Shown here piece after piece: positions 26,531-36,975 of a stretch of DNA of 64,000 nt. Source of the DNA: Octopus sinensis (Eukaryota); contig NC_042998.1 in assembly GCF_006345805.1 (NCBI RefSeq), positions 72,354,001-72,418,000 of the forward strand. Direction: 5' to 3'. Position numbers and translations under genes: made by a program. A model generated the notes under the pieces. The model saw only the letters and a program-made list of their open reading frames with translations. It had not been told where the DNA came from and made no database searches. Each line of letters starts with the position of its first letter. The stretch's first letter is position 1.

Positions 26531-27327
26531 CTATGTTTGACTTTTGCTTTATATTTGTACAAGTTGGCTCCAAGTCTCACCCAGAGACCTGAAGAGACAA
26601 CAGGGTTGGAAGTTCATGTTGTTGTGATGCCTAGTGTGCCATATATTTGGGGGGTGGGGTGTTGTACTAATGAATGTCTAAAAAAAAAGGTTTTTTTTTT
26701 TTAAACCGAAAATTATGTTTGTTTTAAACCTTGAGATTACATAGAAAGTATTTTGCGTAGGATATGAGCAGTTCCCATGAGCACTATCTTTTGAATTTCT
26801 GCCATTTTTGGGTTTCCTGGTATCTGAGTTAGGTAGCTATCAGCCCCTTTTGCTATCATTCCCAGGGCACCTATGACAACAGGTATTGTTTTAGTCTTCA
26901 GCTTCCACATTTTGCTGATTTCTATTTCAAGATCTTTATATTTGCTCAGTTTTTTGGTAGGTCTTGGCAGATACGTTTATATCGATTGGGACAGTCATAT
27001 CAATGAGGAGGCATGTTCTTTGTTTGAAGTCTTTCAATATGATGTCTGGCATATTTGCATCTATCTTTCTGTCAGTTTGAATGGTGAAGTTCCAGAGGAG
27101 TGAGATGTGGTCATTTTCAAGCACTGGGGGTGGTTTGTGTTCCCACCAGTTTTTTTTCATGGGGCAAATCCAGGTTTTTACAGATTACCCAGTGAATATA
27201 TTGTGCAGTTCTATCGTGCCTGTTGAGATACTCTGTAGGCGCTAGAAGACTGCACTTGGAGACCACATGGTCAATGGTTTCATTTTGTTGCTTGCATACA
27301 CGACACGTTGGACTGTTTCTGATCTTT
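26531..27327 (-). mobile_element. R4/Dong-type family B copy 2, 3' fragment
   Basis: Near-identical to 18310-19107. Short (TAA)n at 26514-26530 and long (TAA)n at 27328-27576. Confidence 0.9.
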
Positions 27328-27341
27328 TGTTATTATTATTA

Positions 27342-27399
<58 letters not shown>

Positions 27400-27460
27400 G
27401 TTATTATCATTATTATTATTATGATGATGATGATGATCATCATCATTATTATTATTAATA

Positions 27461-27512
<52 letters not shown>

Positions 27513-27513
27513 C

Positions 27514-27576
<63 letters not shown>

Positions 27577-28057
27577 GCATGAGAGAGCAGCCATTAAAAT
27601 GACACTGGGGTAAAATATACAAAGTATACCCATCGTGACTACCCGTGTGATAAGGGTGCACCAGCACATGCATCACAACCATATGTGCGCGATATGGTGA
27701 TTTCATATCAAGATAAACAGCACATGACCTTGCAAGTGGCGCGCAGTTAGAATTTTCTTCAGGTTGAGTAGCTTATCCCGTTCAAAAGGTCCCTGAATAA
27801 GGGTTGTTTAAGGATGTTGAAAGAACCACCCATGTTTCCAGAGGTGAACTATTCAAACCCCAAAGAATCCCTCTCAATACATGGCTATGATGCTCCCCCA
27901 CTACTACTGCTCATGATCAGAGATGCAAAGATCATCAGCCACTTAGAGACATGGTCAACTGGTTATGGTCAAACAAATATTCTGTATTGAGTAGAATATA
28001 TGCTGTAGTCCATCTTTTATACCAAGACAAATCAATGTACATGATGACACATAAGAT
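27577..28057 (-). mobile_element. Non-coding TAA-tailed retroposon fragment (family E; possibly the 3' UTR of another RLE LINE)
   Basis: Complex ~480-bp sequence between (TAA)n and (GAA)n tracts, ending GGCTGCTCTCTCATGCAATAATAAT on the minus strand. Strand inferred from the tail. Confidence 0.45.
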
Positions 28058-28104
28058 TTTCTTCTTCTTCTTCTTCTTCTTCTTCTTCTTCTTCTTCTTC
28101 TTCT

Positions 28105-28136
<32 letters not shown>

Positions 28137-28196
28137 CTCTTCTTCTCTTCTTCTTCTTCTTCTTATTATTATTATTATTATATTATTATTATTATT

Positions 28197-28234
<38 letters not shown>

Positions 28235-28239
28235 TATTA

Positions 28240-28303
<64 letters not shown>

Positions 28304-28320
28304 ATTATCATTTTCATTAT

Positions 28321-29796
28321 CATCTTTTTTTTTCTTCTTTCAAATTTGCTTCCATTTCTTGCCGAGTGTCTTCCCGACTCCTAGGGCAAAGAAACTGTAC
28401 CAGTTAAGACAATCTTTTGCACTTCTTGCAGGGATGGTAAGCCAGGGATCATTCTCATATAATTTTCGGTTCCCTTCTTGATCATTCCTAGTGCTCCTAC
28501 GATCACTGGTATTGTAACCGCCTTGAGATGCCACATTTTCTCAATTTCAATAAGCAGGTCTTTATAATTTCTGAGCTTGTCAAACTCCTTCGCCGAGATA
28601 TTATGATCACAGGAGATGCTCATGTCGATCAATAAGCAAACTTCATTGTTTTGGTCTTTCACAACAATATCTGGCCTTGATGGTTCGGTCTTTATGTACT
28701 GGAAAGTCCCACAGAATCGTTACATTTTCTCCTTCAGTTACAGCTTCAGGGTGGTGATTATACCACTTGTCAGCAGTTTTTATATTGTAATGCCGACTTA
28801 TTAGCCAGTGTAGATATTGGCCAACTCTGTCATGTTTTAATTTATACTCAACTGGTGCTAAGACTTTACATCCATAGATTAGGTGGTCCACTGTTTCAAT
28901 CATGTCGTTGCAGAATCGACATTTTGGGTCTGCTCAATTTTTCATCACATTGGCCTGGTAGTTCCAGGTTAATAGGCTTTGATCTTGAGCAGCCAGGATG
29001 AAATCTTCGCTCTCTGCTTTTAGTCCTGAGCTCCGTAGCCACTGATGGCTTTGCTTCTGGTCAACATCAGCTTGTTTGCTGCGGGCCACATATTTGCCGT
29101 GCAGAGGTTTCCCCTCCCACCTATCAGCCGATTGCTCGTGCGCTTTTTTCGTTGCCATTATTTTCACCTTCTTTGCAACAATAGTTGCCGTACTTCCCTC
29201 GGGCTGTTCAGTTTGGGTATCCTGCACGAGATCAATAGCAAATCTTTTGCTTTCCTTTATGATAGAATGAAGCTTCTTTCGTCTCTCGTGGTTTTCCACG
29301 AGCTTTAGCATCCAGTCATTCGTTATTTCAAGATATTTGGCCAGTCCAATTGTGGTTGTTTTGTAAGCTAGTTCAAATTGGATCAGGCCTCGACCTCCTT
29401 GGGCTCTGGGAAGGTAAAGGCGATCTACGTCTGCCTTTGGGTGGTGCATCCTATTACAACTCAGCAGCTTGCGTATTTTCCTATCTATATTCTTTACTTC
29501 ACTCATATTCCAGTTCAACACATTATAGCTATAAATAACAACTGGAACTTCTAAGGAATTTATAGCTAACACCTTGTTACGTGCATTTAGTTCAGATTTC
29601 AGGACTGCACGAACTCTCCTATAACATTCCTTCCTGATCTTCTCATTCATGCTTGCATGCTGAATACCAGAGCCTTCATTTATCCCTAAATATTTGTATG
29701 TTTGTTCTTGTTTATCCCTAAATATTTGTATGTTTGTTCTTGTTTATCCCTAAATATTTGTATGTTTTATCCCTAAATATTTGTATGTTTTATCCC

Positions 29797-29797
<1 letters not shown>
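28321..29797 (-). mobile_element. R4/Dong-type family C, 5'-truncated
   Basis: ORFs 28934-29650 (MHHPKADVDRLY, WEGKPLHG, AAQDQ), 28643-28903 (HDRVG, ILWDFP) and 28381-28662 (LLIDMSI...KL..YKDL) are homologous to, but distinct from, families A and B. Confidence 0.9.
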
Positions 29798-29828
<31 letters not shown>

Positions 29829-29947
29829 TATTATTATTATTATTATTATCATTATTAGTATTATTATTATCATTATTATTATTATTTTTATTATTATTAT
29901 TATTAGTATTATTATATTATTATATGTGATCTTACATAGTTTGTTTA

Positions 29948-30097
29948 TTCGGAGTTCAAATTCCGCCGCGGTCAAATTTGACCTGTCGTCCTTTCGGGGT
30001 CGATAAACTAAGTTCTAGTGGGGAACTCTGGTCGATGTAATTGACTTACAGCCTCTCACAAAATGTCTCGCCTTGTGTCAAAATTTGAAACCGATAT
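29948..30097 (+). mobile_element. 5'-truncated tRNA-derived SINE body
   Basis: GGAGTTCAAATTCCGCCGCGGTC (B-box-like) followed by CCTTTCGGGGTCGATAAA...GGTCGATGTAATTGACTTA. Confidence 0.55.
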
Positions 30098-30142
30098 CAT
30101 TTGCATGCATTAAATACATGGTAAGCTTAAGTAATAATTTAT

Positions 30143-30393
30143 AAATAGGGTTCAGCAACGATTTGCTTCACCTCATACAGAAGTTTAGAAATAGCAGTCA
30201 AAACATCTCAGCTATTCCTTCTACTTTAAAGGGGGTTCCCAGAAAAACCAAAGTGCTTGAAAATAAACCAAATTTTCAAGTGCTTTGGTTTTTCTGGGAA
30301 CCCCCTTTAAAGTAGAAGGAATAGCTAAGATTTTTTGACTGCTATTTCTAAACTTCGGCATGTGGTGAAGCAAATCGTTGCTGAACCCTATTT
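30143..30393. repeat. Palindrome with 122-bp arms (30143-30264, 30272-30393) and a 7-nt loop
   Basis: Arms compared by eye show 7 mismatches in 122. The outer parts resemble the 3' end of the 544-bp repeat (GCTGCTATTTCTA...TTC.G.ATG.GG..AAG...CCCT). Confidence 0.9.
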
Positions 30394-33300
30394 CTTCTGA
30401 TCGGGAGGCTTCAGTCTTTCTGAATAGAGCTCAGACGCATGCCTGGGAGGACCCCAATATGGGTTTTCGCGAGGAATACTCACTAAGAGAGAGAATTCGC
30501 CGGAGGAACCTGATATCCGAACTAAAGATGAGGAAACAAATGGGAGAGAAGGGTTTACGAATCCAAGATGGACAGATAATTAAGTCCTACCTCTGGTCCC
30601 ATGCTGTAGTGCTGACAGGGAAAGTGATGTGAGGGCAAATCGAAGTGAAGTTGATACCCCCGTCAACGATGCTACCTCTGATGCCCTTTATTCTGCTTGT
30701 TCCCCAACTCCCGCCCCTCAGACTTCACAGCTCAGCATCGTCTACACCAACTCGTGCTCCTTATTCCCAAAGTTCAGTGAACTATTTACACTGGCCATAC
30801 GTGACTCCCTGATGTGATAGCTATCACCGAGACTTGGCTGACTCCAGCAGTAAAGGACTCAGAAATCCACCTGCAGGGCTACGTCCTTTTCAGATGTGAC
30901 AGAGGAAAAAGGCGAGGTGGAGGTGTTGCTGTGTATGTTAAGTCTGAGCACAACCGTCCTGCGGTATTCTACCCACAAATGCTCAACCTACAACAAAATT
31001 CGATGCCGTCTATTGCAAGCTGAGCCTATCTGAGTTTTGCCTGCCCGTGTTGGCTGTCTACAGGCCGCCTCTTGCCGACCCCCAGGACGATGCCCATTTA
31101 CTCGAAGCGATAAGATTCGTTTCAGCTTCGCATGACTGCTTGGTACTAGGCGACTTCAACGCTCCCACGATCGATTGGCCCGCATCAATTTGTACAACAT
31201 CTTCCCGGTTCGGCCAGGCCCTTCTTGACGTGGCTGAAGATTGTTTTCTATCGCAACATGTTGAATATCCGACAAGGCATCGGTCTGGGCAGCAGCCATC
31301 TATGCTAGATCTGGTATTCTCCCGCTATCCAAGATCAGTGTCAGACGTATCTGTGTGGGCCCCTTTTGCCAAGAGTGATCATGCGGTCCTGAAGTTCGTC
31401 ATGCACACAACTTTTTCTACGCCCACGATTACTTCGCTGCCACGTAGAGTCTTCTCTGCAATTAATCTTGAAATTCTAACCGAGGCTCCGCGCTTCTGGA
31501 CTGGCGATCCCTGATGACGTTGTCCTCAGTTGACGAACTTTGGTCATCCCTCAAAGCATATGTAATCTGTTTGACTGACCAGGCAGTTCCCGTTGGGCTT
31601 CCCAAGAGGAAGAAACACAAGCCCTGGGTGACGAAGAAGGTTAAACGAGAACGTCGACTCAGAGATATTGCTTGGCTGAATTCAAAAATCTGGATTCGAC
31701 TGCAGCTTTTGAGGTGTACAAAACTCAACGAGACCGAGCCGTGAAAATTGAAAAGAAAGAACGCTTCAGTTATGAATACAAAATCGCGGCAAATGCCAGT
31801 AGCAATCCAAAAACCTTCTTTGCCCATGTCCAGCGGAATTCCCGCTTGAACAACCAGATTGCAACGTTGGTAGACTCAACAGGCGTATCGATTGAGGACC
31901 CTTATCAACAGAGTCAATTATTTGCCGAGGCTTTTTCAACTATATTCAAACAAGATGATGGTCGTGAACCCCCTCCATTTGATAGATCGGTACCTCCAAT
32001 GCTTCGATTGGTCATCACGCGGGACGAATTCAAACGTGTTATTCATGGCCTCGATGTCAACAAGGGTCACGGCCCTGACGGCATACACCCACGGGTTATC
32101 AAAGCGTTGGCTCCGGTCATCTGCGAGCCCTTAACACGACTATTCAATATGTCATTGGCGACGGGTGTTATACCTGCAGACTGGAGAACAGCGATAATCT
32201 GCCCAATTTTCAAGAAAGGGAGCCGCGAAGACCCGCTTAACTACCGACCGGTTTCCCTTACATCAATAATCAGCAAGATGTTCGAAACCATCCTTAAGAA
32301 AAGTATGATGCTCCACCTCCTAAACACAGCCTCGATCACTGATTCCCAACACGGCTTCGTGCCGAAGAGATCATGCTTGACCAACTTACTAGTAATGGAA
32401 GAATTGGTGACGCGCATCCTCGATGATAGTGATGCTGTTGACATCGTTTTATTGGACTTTGCCAAAGCTTTTGACTCGGTAAACCACCGCCTACTACTTG
32501 TCAAGCTTCAAGCATATAGTTTCCATCCGGATATTGTACGATGGGTTGGTGCCTTCCTCTCAGATCGCTCCTTCCAAGTTCAAGTTAATGGTTCGCGGTC
32601 CGACGTCTCCAGTGCGAGCAGTGGCGTGCCTCAAGGTTCAGTGCTTGGGCCCTTGTTGTTCTTAGTCTTCATAAATGACTTGCCCGACGACCTCACGCAA
32701 CACACCCTTCTATTTGCCGACGATATCAAACTGGTCGCTCCTCGCGGTAGTATAGAGGATCATCGTCGATGCCTCCACCAAATTTGGAAGTGGTCTAACG
32801 ATTGGGACCTGTGTCTGAACGTGTCAAAGTGCTGTCATCTGCCTGTCGGCTCTACTCCTGCAACTCAACTTGATTTCGAGCCGGGTCGTCTGCTGCTGGA
32901 GAGGACCGATCAGGTAAAGGACCTGGGTATCTTGGTGGATTCCTCCTTTTCGCCTTCGGCCCAGTGCGTCCATACTGCCAACAAAGCGCGCGGAATTCTG
33001 TTTTTGATTCGACGGTCATTCGGAATGCTCACAGCAGCCATATTCCTACCACTCTATGTCACGCTGGTGAGACCCATATTGGAGTATGTGATTCAGGCTT
33101 CTTCTCCTTATCTCCTCAAAGACATACAGCATCTCGAAAGAGTCCAGAGGCTGGCTACCCGCATGGTTCATGGTCTCAAACATTTGTCCTACGAAGAAAG
33201 GCTGAGGACGCTCGACCTTTATTCTCTTGAAAAACGCCGCCGCCGTGGTGATCTCATTCCCGCCCACAACATCATAAGCGGGAAGTGTAACCTCTCGAAA

Positions 33301-33605
33301 GAGCTGTTCTTCACTCCTGCCCCGGAGCGTCGGCTGAGGGGTCATTCCGAAAAGCTCTACCTGCGACGATTTCATCTCAATCGAAGGAGAGGAGCTTTCT
33401 CCGTCCGGGTTGCGGATCCGTGGAACAAGCTGCCAGACGAGATGGTGAAGATGCCGACGACCGCTTTGTTCAAAGCCTCCCTGGACCTCAAGTGGCCTGA
33501 ACTCTTTACATGAACACCACCCTGTACTTAACTCCATGTCCCCCTACATGGCCTTGCTATTTGCTTTTGAGCCAAATTAACTAACTAACTAACTAACTAA
33601 CTAAC
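30394..33605 (+). mobile_element. CR1-clade LINE, 5'-truncated in ORF1, (TAAC)n tail
   Basis: ORF1 tail (RERIRRRNLISELKMRK..GEKGLRIQDGQII), frameshifted APE domain (IAITETWL, RGGGVAVYV, VYRPP, LGDFNAP, LDLVF, SDH), RT ORF 31672-33513, short 3' UTR, then AACT repeats at 33579-33605. Confidence 0.9.
31672..33513 (+). CDS. Reverse transcriptase portion of CR1-type ORF2 (613 aa, uninterrupted)
   Basis: GPDGIHP, NYRPVSLTS, QHGF, DFAKAFDSV, GVPQGSVLGPLLF and LFADDIKL all lie in one frame. Confidence 0.85.
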   Translation: MAEFKNLDSTAAFEVYKTQRDRAVKIEKKERFSYEYKIAANASSNPKTFFAHVQRNSRLNNQIATLVDSTGVSIEDPYQQSQLFAEAFSTIFKQDDGREPPPFDRSVPPMLRLVITRDEFKRVIHGLDVNKGHGPDGIHPRVIKALAPVICEPLTRLFNMSLATGVIPADWRTAIICPIFKKGSREDPLNYRPVSLTSIISKMFETILKKSMMLHLLNTASITDSQHGFVPKRSCLTNLLVMEELVTRILDDSDAVDIVLLDFAKAFDSVNHRLLLVKLQAYSFHPDIVRWVGAFLSDRSFQVQVNGSRSDVSSASSGVPQGSVLGPLLFLVFINDLPDDLTQHTLLFADDIKLVAPRGSIEDHRRCLHQIWKWSNDWDLCLNVSKCCHLPVGSTPATQLDFEPGRLLLERTDQVKDLGILVDSSFSPSAQCVHTANKARGILFLIRRSFGMLTAAIFLPLYVTLVRPILEYVIQASSPYLLKDIQHLERVQRLATRMVHGLKHLSYEERLRTLDLYSLEKRRRRGDLIPAHNIISGKCNLSKELFFTPAPERRLRGHSEKLYLRRFHLNRRRGAFSVRVADPWNKLPDEMVKMPTTALFKASLDLKWPELFT

Positions 33606-33642
33606 ATAAAGTATTTATATATATATATATGTACATATGTGT

Positions 33643-33690
<48 letters not shown>

Positions 33691-34604
33691 CTGCGTGTGT
33701 GTTTGTAAATTAGGAATCCAGAGGAAAGTGTATATTATCAAAAGAAAGGAGAATAAAGAAAGATAAAATTTCAACAAGCCAATATGTCAAAAGTATCAAG
33801 ATAAGAAATTTCAAATTAAGAATGTTGTATTCAAACAATATTGTCTTGAGGTCATACATGTTTCTGTAAAAACAAATTCAGATAAATTAAAGTTGCGAGA
33901 GGGAAAATGATGCATAATTAAAACATATATGAATAGATATGCACATTAGATATATATATATATATATGTAGTAAAATGAATATAAGACAAGATGATGCAT
34001 GTCAGATGCACTCTACTCAGCTAATGACGTAGAATCGGATTAAATATTGTAAAATGTAGAATACGGAAAATCTGGTGATACTAACAAACTACATAATTTC
34101 GTAGGAATTTATCTCAAGAAACATAAGCTGTAGACGATTTCTGTGTTTCCCTCTAGGTTGGATTGACAGCATTAATATTTAAGTTCAATGATAATGTAGA
34201 ACAATGGAAGTTAAATCCAAACAAATTCCTCTTTCCCATTACAGGGAATGCAGGTATATATATATATATATATATATAAAATAATAAACTGAGGAAAAGG
34301 AATCCTTCGAAGGGTTTGTAAAACTAATAATTCACCGGTACTTCATTTGGATACCATTTAAGTATTGGTATAAGATACCATATAAGTATTGTAAAGATAA
34401 ATTAAATATAGAGATATTCTATTGAGAATTCAATAACTTATTTATATTGCAATAATACATTGAATACTGTGAATATAATATATATATATAACACGTAACA
34501 TAATATTATATAACATAAAAGAAAGTATAAAAGAAACTTAAAAGGCCTAAAAATTGTTTATATATATATATAAATTGCTTATATATATATATGTATATAT
34601 ATAT

Positions 34605-34880
34605 CACAAAGTGGAGTTGTAAGGTACCGCACGAGTGGAATTATATATGAGAGAAGATTTGAAAATGTAATTTTAAACGTTGTTTATTTACTTTACCGGT
34701 TTCACTTTTTATAAAATGTTTGTCAAAAGTAACATTTAAGAGTTTGGTTGTGTTAATTATTGGTTGTCACAAAATACTACAATACATATATACATTCATT
34801 GGTAACAAGAACATCTTCAGAACATAAAACAGTTTAACAAGTTCATTTAAATATTGGGCACAAAAGATTACAACATATAT
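34605..34880. repeat. Interspersed repeat X (copies also at about 37004-37275 and 62797-63070)
   Basis: AAAGTGGAGTTGTAAGGTACCGCACG...TCACAAAATACTACAATAC...CACAAAAGATTACAAC, bounded by (TA)n in all three copies. Confidence 0.85.
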
Positions 34881-35000
34881 ATATGTTGCTTGCACATTTT
34901 GAATTTGTTGGTACTGGCAGTCTGAACGGGTCATCTGAGGTGATAAGTCGCCAAAGGGTATGTTCTTCTTTTAGTGCTTCCAAATCCAAAATAAGAAATG

Positions 35001-35061
35001 TTGAGCTGACGAAAGAAATGCTGAGTTTATTTGGCTAATCTAGAAACGTTAACGTTCTCAA
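35001..35061 (+). ncRNA. Type I hammerhead-like motif, Y' subfamily (duplicate at 37402-37462)
   Basis: Helix I UUGAG/CUCAA, core CUGACGA, helix II AGA/UCU plus inner hairpin GCUGAG/UUUGGC, GAAA, palindromic helix III ACGUUAACGU, triplet GUU. Position 10.1-11.1 is an A-A mismatch. Confidence 0.6.
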
Positions 35062-35561
35062 ATAATCTTTGTACTTGTGATATTTTCTGTTTTTACCTCC
35101 ATACCTTCGTGAGTTATTTTGAGTAAACATTATCTGAGAGAAATTTTCTTTAAGTAGTGGAAATGGCTAAAAAACTTTTTGGCTGCTATTTCTAGAAAGT
35201 TCAGTATGTGGCAAAGTAATTTATTTTACTAAGCCCTAATTATATAATGTAATTATATATATATTGTATATATATATTTCAACAATTGAGGGCAAAATTA
35301 ATTAATTATTAATCAATTTCACCAAGTGTTCAGTATGCAAAGGGACCATTCAAGGCGAATTCAAATTATTACATTATATAAAAGGGCTTAGTAAAATAAA
35401 TTACTTTGCCGCATACTGAACTCATTAGAAATAGCAGCTAAAAAACTTTTTTAAAGCTATTTCTAATACTTAAAGAAAATCTCTCTCATATATAGTGTTT
35501 GCTTAATTCAACTCACAAAAGTTGGGGTAAGGACATCGAAAAATCAAATGCTAAGGTTATT

Positions 35562-35613
35562 TGAGAACGTACGTTTCAAGATTAGTCAAAACAACACTTC
35601 TATCATCAGCTCA
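35562..35613 (-). ncRNA. Type I hammerhead-like motif in the inverted Y copy (duplicate at 37967-38018)
   Basis: Exact reverse complement of the 52-nt motif at 36152-36203. Confidence 0.6.
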
Positions 35614-35667
35614 GAAATTCCTTGGTTTGGATTTGGAAACACTGAAAATAAGAACATACCCTTTCGA

Positions 35668-36930
35668 AGCATTTGATTTTTCGATGTCCTTACCCCCAAA
35701 CTTTTGTGAGTTGAATTAAGCAAACACTATATATGAGAGAGATTTTCTTTAAGTATTAGAAATAGCTTTAAAAAAGTTTTTTAGCTGCTATTTCTAATGA
35801 GTTCAGTATGCGGCAAAGTAATTTATTTTACTAAGCCCTTTTATATAATGTAATAATTTGAATTCGCCTTGAATGGTCCCTTTGCATACTGAACACTTGG
35901 TGAAATTGATTAATAATTAATTAATTTTGCCCTCAATTGTTGAAATTATAATTAATCTCCCTCTGATTAATGCTTCGGATTTTACCGAAATAAGCATAGT
36001 GTTTGATGATTTTAACCCACGCTGGTGGAAAGGGGAGAACAGAGATTCTTCGCTTGCTTATTTGAATTTGCTGGCACTGTTAGTTACGAGCAGATCTTCG
36101 AAAGGGTATGTTCTTATTTTCAGTGTTTCCAAATCCAAACCAAGGAATTTCTGAGCTGATGATAGAAGTGTTGTTTTGACTAATCTTGAAACGTACGTTC
36201 TCAAATAACCTTAGCATTTGATTTTTCGATGTCCTTACCCCCAAACTTTTGTGAGTTGAATTAAGCAAACGCTATATATGAGAGAGATTTTCTTTAAGTA
36301 TTAGAAATAGCTTTAAAAAAGTTTTTTAGCTGCTATTTCTAATGAGTTCAGTATGCGGCAAAGTAATTTATTTTACTAAGCCCTTTTATATAATGTAATA
36401 ATTTGAATTCGCCTTGAATGGTCCTTTGCATACTGAACACTTGGTGAAATTGATTAATAATTAATTAATTTTGCCCTCAATTGTTGAAATTATAATTAAT
36501 CTCCCTCTGATTAATGCTTCGGATTTTACCGAAATAAGCATAGTGTTTGATGATTTTAACCCACGCTGGTGGAAAGGGGAGAACAGAGATTCTTCGCTTG
36601 CTTATTTGAATTTGCTGGCACTGTTAGTTACGAGCAGATCTTCGAAAGGGTATGTTCTTATTTTCAGTGTTTCCAAATCCAAACCAAGGAATTTCTGAGC
36701 TGATGATAGAAGTGTTGTTTTGACTAATCTTGAAACGTACGTTCTCAAATAACCTTAGCATTTGATTTTTCGATGTCCTTACCCCCAAACTTTTGTGAGT
36801 TGAATTAAGCAAACACTATATATGAGAGAGATTTTCTTAAGTATTAGAAATAGCTTTAAAAAAGTTTTTTAGCTGCTATTTCTAATGAGTTCAGTATGCG
36901 GCAAAGTAATTTATTTTACTAAGCCCTTAT
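35668..36930 (+). repeat. 544-bp tandem repeat (unit Y), first array; second array at about 38074-39335
   Basis: Identical landmarks at 35927/36471 and 38333/38877 (period 544). Both arrays end at ACTAAGCCCT..TATAATG followed by (TA)n. Confidence 0.95.
36152..36203 (+). ncRNA. Type I hammerhead-like motif of unit Y (also 36696-36747 and 38558-38609; core damaged at about 39098-39153)
   Basis: UGAG-CUGAUGA-U-AGAAGU-loop-ACU(AA)UCU-U-GAA-ACGUACGU-U-CUCA: 4-bp helix I, canonical core, palindromic helix III, GUU triplet. Position 10.1-11.1 is U-U. Confidence 0.65.
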
Positions 36931-36933
36931 ATA

Positions 36934-36975
<42 letters not shown>

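Noticed and set aside
8599-29925. Poly-Ile, Tyr, Leu, Asn, Ser or Phe ORFs suggesting membrane or low-complexity proteins
   Set aside because: They are translations of (TAA)n, (TTC)n and (TCA)n microsatellites.
33046-33537. 163-aa antisense ORF over the CR1 RT
   Set aside because: Explained by low stop-codon frequency opposite a GC-richer coding strand.
34286-34318. CTGAGGA-AAAGG-AAT-CCTTC-GAAG as a hammerhead
   Set aside because: GAAA and helix III are broken; at most a decayed remnant in a single copy.
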